From Bythopirellula sp. (GTDB lineage Bacteria > Planctomycetota > Planctomycetia > Pirellulales > Lacipirellulaceae), in assembly GCA_965216565.1 (NCBI GenBank), contig OZ244170.1, forward strand, positions 2,656,001 to 2,720,000: a stretch of 64,000 bases of DNA, read 5' to 3'. The stretch's first letter is position 1; each line of letters opens with the position of its first letter. The position numbers and the translations under genes are program-made. Below the pieces are notes generated by a model. It ran no database searches. It was given only the letters and a program-made list of their open reading frames with translations, and was not told the origin of the DNA. This document shows positions 31,045-40,682 of this stretch, one piece after another.

Positions 31045-31749
31045 TCACACCTCCCCGGCGAGATATTTCTTTCGCAAAGGTTCTGGCAGTTTCTCGATGG
31101 CGTAGCGCAGCATCGTACGTGGCATTTTCTTGTAGCGGGGCCGGAGGAATTTTTCTAGCTCGCTACGGTCACGGTTGCCCATCTCGCGCAGCATCCATCC
31201 AACCGCCTTGTGGATCAGATCGTGCTCGTGATCGAGCAGTACGAGAGCAATACGTTTGGTGTCGCGAAAGTCTTCCTGTTTGATGAAGTGTAGCGTAGCG
31301 ATCATGGCGACCCGCTGACGCCATAGGTGACCAGAGTCGACCAGTTCGTCGAGCAGTTTTCGATTCCTCTTCTGCAGATGCGGCCCGAGAATCTTGTGGG
31401 CGGAACTATCAACCAGGTCCCAGTTGTTCACTTGATCGAGGTGCTCGAGATAAAACTCTGCTATCTCGGATTGCGTCGTCTCGTCCCCGCGCTCGTACTG
31501 CTCTACGAGTATCAACAGGGCCGTCAAACGGCATTCGTGCCGCCTATCTTCTAGCAATTTGAGGACTTCGCCGCCCGGCAACTCGCGGAACTTCTTGGCA
31601 ATCTTGCGCTGCTTGGGGACAGTCACGCCAATAAACTTGTCCCCCTCGCCATACTCGCCTTTGCCTGTTTTGAAGAAACTCGGATAGAACGCAGCCTTCT
31701 CTGGATCGGCTTGTTCTTTGAGTGCGGCAACTACCTTGGCCTTGGTCAT
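31045..31749 (-). CDS. DNA alkylation repair protein (AlkD-like HEAT glycosylase)
   Basis: FFKTGKGEYGEGD, NNWDLVD, WRQR, LIHKAVGWMLRE. Confidence 0.9.
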   Translation of the reverse strand: MTKAKVVAALKEQADPEKAAFYPSFFKTGKGEYGEGDKFIGVTVPKQRKIAKKFRELPGGEVLKLLEDRRHECRLTALLILVEQYERGDETTQSEIAEFYLEHLDQVNNWDLVDSSAHKILGPHLQKRNRKLLDELVDSGHLWRQRVAMIATLHFIKQEDFRDTKRIALVLLDHEHDLIHKAVGWMLREMGNRDRSELEKFLRPRYKKMPRTMLRYAIEKLPEPLRKKYLAGEV

Positions 31750-31942
31750 CGAGGATTACCTACGCGGGTGGAGCTGAAAGAATCACGATTCTAGAGCGCG
31801 AATCCTTCTCTGGGCAACAAGTCGCGCTCTGCGATCGTCATCTGTGCTTGGTAACCGAGGACACATAGAAACCTTATCATGCGCTGATATACTAGAGACT
31901 TGCAGGATACTTGGCGCGAATTAGTTTGTCTGGAGTCTCGAG

Positions 31943-33601
31943 ATGCACACCTGGGAAAATCGATTTCACTTTCTGGCCGTTCTTTCGGCACTGGCACTAG
32001 TCCTGGCATTGGCGAACGTCGGCTCTGCGCACGAGGTGAAATCGGAACCAGGGCCGATGGCCCGTGGTGTTGTTTTTGAAGATCTTGACGGTAACGGCAA
32101 GCGCGACGCCGGCGAGCGTGGGCTGGAAGGAATCCGTGTTTCAAATGGGCTGGACATCGTTACTACCGATGCGGATGGGAAATACCAAATTTCTATCGAC
32201 GACGACACGATCATCTTCGTCATCAAACCTCGCAATTGGCGGACGCCGGTCAATAGCAAGAATCTTCCCCGATTCCATTACATTCACAAACCCCATGGCT
32301 CCCCAGACGAACACTTCATGCACCGGGGCGTCAATCCGACCGGTCCGCTTCCCGAGTCGGTCGACTTCCCGCTTACCAAGTCGGAAGAGCCGGACGAATT
32401 CACCGTCATTTTGATGGGCGACCCCCAACCCTACAACCGCCGCGAGGTGCGCTTCTATGCCAATGATGTATTGGCGGAATTGGTCGATACCACGGCAGCG
32501 TTTGGAATCTCTTTGGGCGATATCGTGGGTGACGACCTCTCGCTGTTCGAATCGGTCAATGCGGTGCAAGCGCTCATCGGCGTGCCTTGGTACAACATCA
32601 TCGGGAATCACGATCTCAACTTCCGCTCGGTCAACGATAAGTATTCGGACGAAACCTACGAGCGCGTTTATGGCCCGCCAAATTTTGCATTTCAATACGG
32701 TCCTGTTCACTTTGTGGTGCTCGACAATGTGGTTTGGTCGATTTCAGACACTGAAGATAACCGAGCGGGTCGGCGGCGGGGTGGTTATCGGGCGGCACTG
32801 AACAAGGGGCAGTTGAAGTTTGTGAAAGACTACATAGCCGAGGTGCCCAAGGAAGAGCGGATTGTTGTTTGCACACATATCCCGCTTCCAGAATTCTCAA
32901 TGAATCAAGAGTATCGCGAGCACCGCACCGATGGCTGCCGAGAATTGCTGGAGATTCTCGCCAGTCATCCGCATACGATGTCGTTCTCCGCGCACACGCA
33001 CTACAACCATCATCAGTTTGTCGGAGCCGAGCAGGGATACGACGAGCCCGACGGACACGAGCATCACCATCACAATGTGGTGACCGGTTCGGGGAGTTGG
33101 TACGGCGGACCGAAAGACGATCGCGGTTTTCCGATTACCACCATGGCCGACGGGGCGCCCAATGGTTACATCAAAGCCACCTTTTCTGGCAACGAATACA
33201 AGCTCCGCTACAAAGCAGCAGGGCTTCCCGCGGGACATCAGATGACAATCCACACGCCCGAGGTGATCGACTCTGCCAGCGAGAGCCCGTGCGAAGTGGT
33301 GGCAAACGTTTTCAATGGCAACAAGCATTCCAAAGTTCGCATGTGCGTGCGAGGCAAGTGCGATTGGATCACCATGCAGCAAACCATGCGTGAGGATCCC
33401 ACGTTTTCTGCATTCCATCAGCGCGATGCCGTGGACAACCACGGATCGCGGGGCGCGATTACCTCGCCGAAGATTACTGCGCACCTGTGGGCTGCCAACT
33501 TACCGCGAGACATTCCCGCCGGCTGTTATATTCTCGAGGTGGAATCGACCGACATGTTTGGCAACATCGATCGGGGTATCCGCATCATCGAAGTTGAGTG
33601 A
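31943..33601 (+). CDS. Secreted calcineurin-like metallophosphoesterase with N- and C-terminal accessory domains
   Basis: GVVFEDLDGNG, GDPQ, GDIVGD, GNHD, HIP, AHTH, DGAPNGY. Confidence 0.9.
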   Translation: MHTWENRFHFLAVLSALALVLALANVGSAHEVKSEPGPMARGVVFEDLDGNGKRDAGERGLEGIRVSNGLDIVTTDADGKYQISIDDDTIIFVIKPRNWRTPVNSKNLPRFHYIHKPHGSPDEHFMHRGVNPTGPLPESVDFPLTKSEEPDEFTVILMGDPQPYNRREVRFYANDVLAELVDTTAAFGISLGDIVGDDLSLFESVNAVQALIGVPWYNIIGNHDLNFRSVNDKYSDETYERVYGPPNFAFQYGPVHFVVLDNVVWSISDTEDNRAGRRRGGYRAALNKGQLKFVKDYIAEVPKEERIVVCTHIPLPEFSMNQEYREHRTDGCRELLEILASHPHTMSFSAHTHYNHHQFVGAEQGYDEPDGHEHHHHNVVTGSGSWYGGPKDDRGFPITTMADGAPNGYIKATFSGNEYKLRYKAAGLPAGHQMTIHTPEVIDSASESPCEVVANVFNGNKHSKVRMCVRGKCDWITMQQTMREDPTFSAFHQRDAVDNHGSRGAITSPKITAHLWAANLPRDIPAGCYILEVESTDMFGNIDRGIRIIEVE

Positions 33602-33620
33602 CTAGCGCCCAGATTCTCCT

Positions 33621-34535
33621 ATGCCAGAACTGCCGGATGTTGCTGTCTATTGTGAATCGCTCGACCGGTTCTACACGGGGCAGACCCTCGAAAGGCTCGA
33701 CTTGAAGAGCCCGTTTCTCGTGCGAACATTCGAGCCCGATCTTGCGGAAGCCCAGGGACGGAAGGTGGAAGGCTTTTCCCGGCTTGGCAAGAGAATCGTG
33801 TGGCACTTGCAAGGAGATTTCTACCTGGTGGTTCATTTAATGATCGCCGGGCGATTTCATCAGCGACCAGCGGGTAAGAAACCGACGGGCAAAAACGACC
33901 TGCTGGCTTTTCAGTTTGTCGACGATTTTGTCGACGTTGCCGACCAGCGTACCACGCTGATGCTCACCGAAGCGAGCCCCAAGAAACGGGCAGCCCTGCA
34001 CGTGGTGGCGGGCGCAGAGAATCTGGCTGCGCACAACCCGGGAGGAGCAGAACCGCTGGAATGCGACCTGGAAACTTTCACCCGGCTACTCACTGCCGAG
34101 AATCACACGCTGAAGCGATCGCTCACCAATCCGCGACTGTTCAGTGGGATAGGCAACGCCTACAGTGACGAAATCCTCCACGCGGCGCAGCTTTCTCCCA
34201 TCATGCATACTAAGCGGATGGACGCCGAACAGATCGCCAAGCTTCACTCGGCGATGCAGCAGACGCTCTCGGAATGGACTGCCCGCTTACGGGCCGATGT
34301 TGGCGAGGGCTTTCCAGAGAAGGTGACCGCCTTCCGACCAGAAATGGCGGTCCACGGACGATACGGACTCCCCTGCCCTCTTTGCCAGACGGCGGTCCAG
34401 AGGATCCGGTACGCCGACAACGAAACCAACTATTGCCCCCGTTGTCAGACCGACGGCAAGGTGCTGGCCGATCGTTCGTTGTCGCGCCTTTTGAAAAACG
34501 ACTGGCCGCGTACCGTGGAAGAGTGGGAAGCTTAG
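33621..34535 (+). CDS. Fpg/Nei family DNA glycosylase
   Basis: MPELPDV, RLGKR, HLMIAG, SGIGNAYSDEIL, CPLC...YCPRCQ. Confidence 0.93.
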   Translation: MPELPDVAVYCESLDRFYTGQTLERLDLKSPFLVRTFEPDLAEAQGRKVEGFSRLGKRIVWHLQGDFYLVVHLMIAGRFHQRPAGKKPTGKNDLLAFQFVDDFVDVADQRTTLMLTEASPKKRAALHVVAGAENLAAHNPGGAEPLECDLETFTRLLTAENHTLKRSLTNPRLFSGIGNAYSDEILHAAQLSPIMHTKRMDAEQIAKLHSAMQQTLSEWTARLRADVGEGFPEKVTAFRPEMAVHGRYGLPCPLCQTAVQRIRYADNETNYCPRCQTDGKVLADRSLSRLLKNDWPRTVEEWEA

Positions 34536-34624
34536 AGCGCGTTTCTGAACGTCCCAGCCGAACGAGGTAGTTGCTATTCTGCTGGATGAAGCGACGGGCG
34601 GCCTCAGAACGATGCTTGTAGAAT

Positions 34625-34650
34625 ACCCGCGGCTAGCGCCGTCGGCTCAC
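34625..34650 (-). repeat. REP-like imperfect palindrome
   Basis: GTGAGCCGACGGCGCTAGCCGCGGGT on the minus strand. Confidence 0.5.
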
Positions 34651-34767
34651 ATCTGATATTGAAGGGAACCTAGGTGGGGGATATCACATCGAACTGGTGT
34701 GGTTAGTTTCATCCCTGGGATCAAGGATACCCAATATGCGGCAACCTTGATGAGCTACCCTAGCACC

Positions 34768-34827
34768 TGTCATTCCGAAGTCTGTCGAGGGGACTAGCCA
34801 GATTCCTCGGCAGACCTCGGAATGACA
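34768..34827. repeat. TGTCATTCCG...CGGAATGACA palindromic repeat (family C)
   Basis: Long hairpin; second copy at 59446-59497. Confidence 0.85.
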
Positions 34828-34902
34828 AATACTGATGTAGTTGAAATGATTGCTGCGTTATAGGGCACCTTAGATCAACTAAGAGCTTATGCCACAACCG
34901 AA

Positions 34903-34945
34903 AACCCCCTCCCCTAACCCCTCCCCCGCAGACGGGGGAGGGGGA
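34903..34945 (+). repeat. C-rich REP-like element
   Basis: CCCCCTCCCCTAACCCCTCCCCCGCAGACGGGGGAGGGG hairpin. Confidence 0.7.
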
Positions 34946-34980
34946 TTTGGGATAGGCACTAAGCTCAACTCTCCAGAACA

Positions 34981-35832
34981 ATGACATCACCAACGAAAAA
35001 CTCCAGCCGACGTAAGTTCCTAAAGAGATCCTTCCAGGGAGTTGTCGGTACAGTTGGACTTGGGCTGACGTACTCCCTGCTGGAGTCGTGTTGGCTGGGT
35101 GTGCGGCGAGCGACGGTTTCTGTGCCGCGATTGCCGTCGAAGTTCGCGGGGACGACCATCGCATTTGTCGCAGATGTCCACCATAGCTCAATGAATGGTC
35201 TCGCGTATGTCGAGAAGGTGGTGAGCATTACCAATGCACTTTCGCCCGATTTAATTTTGTTGGGGGGTGATTATGTTCACAATCAGCGCCGCTACGTTAC
35301 CCCCTGCATGCAAGCACTGGGCCAGCTCAAGTCGCGGTGGGGGGTGTTTGGTGTACTGGGCAACCACGATCATTGGACCGGGCCCGACACGATACGCCAG
35401 GCCATGGCGGACCATGGGATTGTCGAACTGACGAACACAGGTGCCTGGATCGAGAAAGAGGGACAACGACTGCGCGTGGCAGGCGTCGACGACTGGTGGG
35501 AAGGCGAGCAACGCTTGGATCGTGCCTTACGGGAGGTTGGACCGACGGAATCCGCCCTGCTGCTTAGTCACAATCCCGACTATGTCGAGCAGATCGTCGA
35601 TCCACGCGTTGGCTTAGTCCTCAGCGGGCACACCCATGGAGGTCAAGTGGTGCTGCCGCTGGTGGGTGCACCACGAGTGCCATCGCAGTACGGGCAAAAG
35701 TATCTGCACGGCCTGGTGAAGACCAGACATACCCAGGTGTACGTCACGCGAGGCGTCGGCTCAATCGGTCCCCTGAACCTACCGGTACGATTCTGTTGTC
35801 CGCCGGAGATCTCGTTGCTGACAATCGTTTAA
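34981..35832 (+). CDS. Metallophosphoesterase (YkuE/YaeI-like) with Tat-like leader
   Basis: SRRKFLK; ADVH, GGD, GNHD, SHNPD, SGHTHGGQ. Confidence 0.92.
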   Translation: MTSPTKNSSRRKFLKRSFQGVVGTVGLGLTYSLLESCWLGVRRATVSVPRLPSKFAGTTIAFVADVHHSSMNGLAYVEKVVSITNALSPDLILLGGDYVHNQRRYVTPCMQALGQLKSRWGVFGVLGNHDHWTGPDTIRQAMADHGIVELTNTGAWIEKEGQRLRVAGVDDWWEGEQRLDRALREVGPTESALLLSHNPDYVEQIVDPRVGLVLSGHTHGGQVVLPLVGAPRVPSQYGQKYLHGLVKTRHTQVYVTRGVGSIGPLNLPVRFCCPPEISLLTIV

Positions 35833-35890
35833 TGGCCATCTCAAATCTTCACTCGCCTTAAGTCCTCCCAGTATTCACCACTAGCCTCTG

Positions 35891-36080
35891 TTTGGCCAAC
35901 GGCCACATTCACCGTAGCCTGGGGCAACGCCCCAGGTACATAACGACTTTGGCTTTGGCTGAAAGCCAAATTCATTCCCACTGTGTTTGATGATTATGGC
36001 TTTCAGCCAATCGGAAATACTTTGCCATTCAATCCTGGGGTGCTACCCCAGGCTACGGTGAATATGACCTTCGGTCAAAA
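35891..36080. repeat. REPIN-like 190-bp nested palindrome
   Basis: ATTCACCGTAGCCTGGGG..CCCCAGG paired with CCTGGGG..CCCCAGGCTACGGTGAAT; inner TTGGCTGAAAGCCA / TGGCTTTCAGCCAA. Confidence 0.85.
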
Positions 36081-36170
36081 GTGCTGCAACAACTGAAATC
36101 TTGCGTAATCATTGAGAGAATTGGTGGAGGCAGTACGTCACTTGCTACCCAGATGTGTTAACCTGTGTGC

Positions 36171-36947
36171 ATGGATCAGCCACAGCGTGATGAACACGAT
36201 TCTGACGAGGAAGCGATCGATCGTGCGCCGCTGACTTACGAGTCAGTACCGCGGCTGCGGATTATGCATCTGATGCTCTGGACGCTCTTTACTGCTGTGT
36301 TTATGACGGCGTCGCAAGCCATCCGGACACTGCAACGCGAGCCCGAGAACTTTTCAAACTTCATGGATGTCTCAGGCGTCTTCTACGGCATGATGGTGGG
36401 TGCTGTGATGACGGGTATGGCTGTTCTGATTTCCAACCGATTTAATAAAGGAGCACCGCTTTGCCTTCAGCCTGGACATTGGCTCGTGGTGATACAAGCG
36501 TTCGCCTATACACTCATCATTCCCGTGTGGGGGCTCTCCACCGCGTGGGCTGCGTACGGGGGCACATTTGTGTTTCTGCCGTATGGATTGATTAATCTGG
36601 GCGAAGCCTGTGGCTATGGACTGGCTGCGAAAAACTCTTCCATCAAACGGTGGAAAGTCTTCTTCACGCTTCTCACTTTACTCATGGTGGGACAAGGCCT
36701 GACCTACCTCGGTTTGCCCTTTGGATGGCTGAGTCACGGCCTCTGGTCTCTTTCTATATCTACTATGCTTTTGGTGGGAATCATTCTGTGCAGCGTTTTG
36801 CTCTTCGTCGTCTGGCGGGATAAGCGAGTCTGGCAGGACAAGCGAGAGCATCTCGGCCGCGACTGGGTCCACTGGACCGGTATTTACTGCTTTTGGGCAA
36901 GCTATTTGATAAACTTCGCTTGGACTTTGAGCGTCAGTTTCATGTAG
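36171..36947 (+). CDS. Hypothetical polytopic membrane protein
   Basis: About 7-8 hydrophobic segments; LRIMHLMLWT, QPGHWL, RDWVHWTG. Confidence 0.75.
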   Translation: MDQPQRDEHDSDEEAIDRAPLTYESVPRLRIMHLMLWTLFTAVFMTASQAIRTLQREPENFSNFMDVSGVFYGMMVGAVMTGMAVLISNRFNKGAPLCLQPGHWLVVIQAFAYTLIIPVWGLSTAWAAYGGTFVFLPYGLINLGEACGYGLAAKNSSIKRWKVFFTLLTLLMVGQGLTYLGLPFGWLSHGLWSLSISTMLLVGIILCSVLLFVVWRDKRVWQDKREHLGRDWVHWTGIYCFWASYLINFAWTLSVSFM

Positions 36948-37029
36948 CTGCCCTCTTTGCCTCAGGGAAATATCGCGGTAACTTGGCTGGGACAGGACTT
37001 CACACAACTCAATTACCACGGAACATAAA

Positions 37030-38709
37030 ATGCCCATTCATTGGCGATCTCTCTGTTTGGCTCTGGCGATACCTTTGACGACAACCCTCGCTTTGGCCGA
37101 AAACACGGAACAGGCGGCACGAGATTTCATCCGTGAGTACGAACTTACCATTAAACCGCTCCAAACGGCCTCCGGCCGGGCGTGGTGGAATGCCAACACC
37201 ACCGGGCGCGACGAAGACTTTGCCGAGAAGGAATCACTCGAAAACCGGTTGAATGAAGCTCTCTCTTCCCAAGAACAGTTTGAGCGACTGGAAAAAATAC
37301 GCGAGGGAGAAATTTCCGACGCTCAGTTGGCGCGTCAAATCGAACTTCTCTACCTGACGTATAAAGAAAAGCAAGTCGATCTGGATTTGCTCAAGCGGAT
37401 TTCCAGCAAGGAAACGAGTATTGAGAAAACCTTCAACACCTTTCGTGCCACCATCGGCGACGATACCTACTCCGACAGCCAGGTCCGCGAAATCTTGAGG
37501 GAATCGGAAGACTCGGAAAAACGCAAACAGGTTTGGCAGGCATCCAAGGCAGTGGGTGAAAAGGTTGTCGCCGATCTTCGCGAACTTGTCGACTACCGCA
37601 ATCGGGCAGCCCGCCAGTTGGGCTTCGCCGATTTTCATGCGATGAAACTCGAACTCAATGAACAGAACCAAGCAGATGTACTGCAGCTTTTCGACGAGCT
37701 AGACGAACTGACCCGAGAGCCGTTTGCCCGTGTGAAGCAGGAGATTGATGAAGTATTGGCAAAGCGATACGGCATTGCTGTCGACGAGTTGCAACCTTGG
37801 CACTACCACGATCCGTTTTTCCAGGACGCTCCCGCTGTCTACGAGGCCGATCTAAATGCGCCGTTTGCCGAGGCCGACATTCTCGGTATTTGCCGGGAGT
37901 TCTACGCGGGCATCGGCTTGCCGATCGAGGATGTGCTCGAGCGGAGCGATTTGTACGAGAAGCCGAAGAAAAGCCCACACGCTTTTTGCATCGATATCGA
38001 TCGAGAAGGCGACGTCCGGGTGTTGGCCAATATCACGCCCACCGAGTATTGGATGAGTACCATGCTGCACGAGCTGGGGCATGCTGTTTATAGCAGTAAG
38101 AACATTCCCGCGGAGTTGCCGTATGTGCTGCGCAGCGACGCACACATCTTGGCGACCGAGGGGGTGGCGATGATGTTCGAACGGTTCGCAGCCAATGCCG
38201 ATTGGCTAGGCGAGTTTGGTGTGGAGGTCGAAAACCCTGATACCTGGACCGAAGTGGGCCGCAAAACACGGCGAAACAAGTTGCTGATCTTCTCGCGTTG
38301 GTGCCAGGTAATGCTGCGATTCGAAGTGGAAATGTACCGCAACCCCGACCAGGACCTGAGCCAGCTTTGGTGGAATCTGGTGGAGAAGTATCAGTTGGTG
38401 AAGAAACCTGAGGGCCGCAACGCTCCCGACTACGCCAGCAAGATTCACGTGGTGACGGCTCCTGCCTACTACCACAACTACATGATGGGCGAACTGTTTG
38501 CTTGCCAAGTGCACGCGGCTATTGTCCGCGACCTGGATCTGTCGTCCGATCCCACGACGGCAATCTACACGCGGAACCCGAAGGTTGGTGAATTCATGCA
38601 GGAGAAAATCTTCTCGCAAGGATTGATGCTTCCCTGGAACGAGCTAACGCGCTACGCCACGGGCGAAGATCTCAATGCCAAGGCATTCGCCGCAGAATTC
38701 CGGCAATAG
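37030..38709 (+). CDS. Secreted M2/M3-type zinc metallopeptidase
   Basis: Signal peptide; HELGH, downstream E (TEGVA), KIH...YYHNY. Confidence 0.9.
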   Translation: MPIHWRSLCLALAIPLTTTLALAENTEQAARDFIREYELTIKPLQTASGRAWWNANTTGRDEDFAEKESLENRLNEALSSQEQFERLEKIREGEISDAQLARQIELLYLTYKEKQVDLDLLKRISSKETSIEKTFNTFRATIGDDTYSDSQVREILRESEDSEKRKQVWQASKAVGEKVVADLRELVDYRNRAARQLGFADFHAMKLELNEQNQADVLQLFDELDELTREPFARVKQEIDEVLAKRYGIAVDELQPWHYHDPFFQDAPAVYEADLNAPFAEADILGICREFYAGIGLPIEDVLERSDLYEKPKKSPHAFCIDIDREGDVRVLANITPTEYWMSTMLHELGHAVYSSKNIPAELPYVLRSDAHILATEGVAMMFERFAANADWLGEFGVEVENPDTWTEVGRKTRRNKLLIFSRWCQVMLRFEVEMYRNPDQDLSQLWWNLVEKYQLVKKPEGRNAPDYASKIHVVTAPAYYHNYMMGELFACQVHAAIVRDLDLSSDPTTAIYTRNPKVGEFMQEKIFSQGLMLPWNELTRYATGEDLNAKAFAAEFRQ

Positions 38710-38750
38710 AGTTGCCGACACCTTGCAAGGATTAGCAAGGTAAAATCAAG

Positions 38751-38823
38751 TGGAGCCGAGGGGGCTCGAACCCCTAACCCCCGGCTTGCAAAGCCGGTGC
38801 TCTCCCAATTGAGCTACGGCCCC
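38751..38823 (-). tRNA. tRNA-Ala(TGC)
   Basis: GGGGCCGTAGCTCAATTGGGAGAGCACCGGCTTTGCAAGCCGGGGGTTAGGGGTTCGAGCCCCCTCGGCTCCA; CCA not encoded. Confidence 0.97.
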
Positions 38824-39091
38824 TGGGGAAATCCACCGGGGTGAATTTCTAACCACAGAGCGATTCACGGGCTCCCTAGGACTTCCCACGGGAGATCGTA
38901 AGCCCCACATTTTATCGGCTCTCGGTGGGAATGCAATGCTCCCTAATACCCGACCCATCCGAGCGAAGCCCGCAGACGGTGAGATAGGGAAAAAATGGCA
39001 ATCTCGGCTCAGACTGTTTAGTATGAAAGCAACATAATACCAGCTTGTCGCCACTTGTTAGACAACGCTATCAACTGCCTTTGGAGCAAAC

Positions 39092-40105
39092 ATGCGCCGA
39101 ACCAATTATTTGCAAGTAATCGTCGTGTGCATGACCCTGATTGCCGGCCAAATTGTGCACGGCGAGACTTGGGCCGAGCGACTTGGGTTTCCATCAGAGA
39201 AGAGAGTGCTCATTCTCCATGCTCACCAGATGGGATTATGTCGTGCCACGAATGCCGCCGCAGAGCAATTAGCCGAATCTGATCTTGTTTTCTCAAGTAG
39301 CGTATTGGCACCCAGTCCTTGGTTCGCGAACTACGCAAATTCAAGACCGGGAGATGTGGGCCTTTCTCTCACCCTCAATAGCGAATGGCCAGATTACCGC
39401 TGGCAACCTGTCGCACCCGATAATCTGGTGCCTAGTTTACTAAACTCCGAAGGGTATTTATGGAAGTCTTCCGTGCAAACTATGGTCAGCGCTAGTGCTG
39501 CGGAAGTTGAGCAAGAACTCCGGCATCAGATCCTCAAAGCCCGAATGGCTGGGCTTAAACCGAGTCATTTCACAACACACTTAGGAACCCTCTACACGCG
39601 TCTTGATCTTACCGAAGTCTATTTTAAACTCGCCCGCGAGTACTGGATCCCAGCGGTAGTCGTTGAGTTAACGCCGGAGCACATCTCGCGATTCCAAGAA
39701 AAAGGGTTTCCTTTGCCTCCAGAATTGATGCAGCTAGTCGCTGAGTATCCGCTGCCCAAGATCGATGACTTGCGCTTTGTGAGTGTTGCAGATAACTATG
39801 ACCAGAAGAAAAACGAATTCGTAGAACTCATCGCGGGACTGAAGCCAGGCCTCACGCAAATATCGTTCGCACCGGCCGTCCAGTCGGAGGAGCTCCAACA
39901 CATTGCGAACGATTGGCAACAGAGGGTATGGGAAAGCAAACTTTTGCAGGATAGCGATGTACGAGACAAGCTTGCCAACGAAGAAATCGTTCTTACAACT
40001 TGGCAGGAAGTGATGAGGCGTTTTGCAGGTCAAATGCCGCATCTTGAACTCAACAGTGCTGAAGCTGACAGCCTAAGCAAGGAGTCGCATCGCCGTGACC
40101 AGTAA
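39092..40105 (+). CDS. YdjC/ChbG/HpnK-family protein with degenerate catalytic motifs
   Basis: TWAERLG, LTLNSEW, VEQELRHQI fold markers; signal peptide. Confidence 0.8.
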   Translation: MRRTNYLQVIVVCMTLIAGQIVHGETWAERLGFPSEKRVLILHAHQMGLCRATNAAAEQLAESDLVFSSSVLAPSPWFANYANSRPGDVGLSLTLNSEWPDYRWQPVAPDNLVPSLLNSEGYLWKSSVQTMVSASAAEVEQELRHQILKARMAGLKPSHFTTHLGTLYTRLDLTEVYFKLAREYWIPAVVVELTPEHISRFQEKGFPLPPELMQLVAEYPLPKIDDLRFVSVADNYDQKKNEFVELIAGLKPGLTQISFAPAVQSEELQHIANDWQQRVWESKLLQDSDVRDKLANEEIVLTTWQEVMRRFAGQMPHLELNSAEADSLSKESHRRDQ

Positions 40106-40562
40106 AGCAATACATCTTTACTGCTATGCAATTATGCTCGGCGTGCTTTTGTCGTTAAGCAGCGAATCTGCCTACGCGCAAGTCGGGAATTCTTATGGTT
40201 CATACTACCAAAAGAAATCTAAACATCCTGGCGGTGTGGGCCCTGGAAATAGTGTCAACAACTATCTGTACGACAAATATTTTTACGGCAAGGGGGCCGT
40301 TAATCCTTCGATGAGTTTGAACCGTCGTTCCAGTACAAGCAGCTATTATCAATATGTCAAACCCGAGCAGCAGCGTCGCGAGGCTGCCCAAAAAGCTGGC
40401 AGAGCCTATGTGCACCAGCGAAAATTACAGGGCAACGTGGGTGCAACCAACTATGGATTCGCTCGCAGTTTGCAGCAGGGAGTTCCCAGTGCTGGGCAAA
40501 TCCCACGAGCACCTTCCCCATCTCCGTATTACAATCAGTTCTACGGTAATCAGCGCCGATAA
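40095..40562 (+). CDS. Small secreted Tyr/Gly/Asn-rich hypothetical protein
   Basis: Signal peptide (AYA), AAGGAG RBS, overlaps the upstream stop. Confidence 0.65.
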   Translation: MTSKAIHLYCYAIMLGVLLSLSSESAYAQVGNSYGSYYQKKSKHPGGVGPGNSVNNYLYDKYFYGKGAVNPSMSLNRRSSTSSYYQYVKPEQQRREAAQKAGRAYVHQRKLQGNVGATNYGFARSLQQGVPSAGQIPRAPSPSPYYNQFYGNQRR

Positions 40563-40682
40563 TTGATTTGTTCCTCGCAGGTCCCAAGGGCTGCAATTAC
40601 CTCGCGAACCCGGTTATTATTTAGCTGAAATAGGTTTGTTCACATTATTTCCCTAGCCCCATCTACAGGCATTAAAGACATC

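Noticed and set aside
38746..39054. 102-aa ORF
   Set aside because: Translates through tRNA-Ala; spurious.
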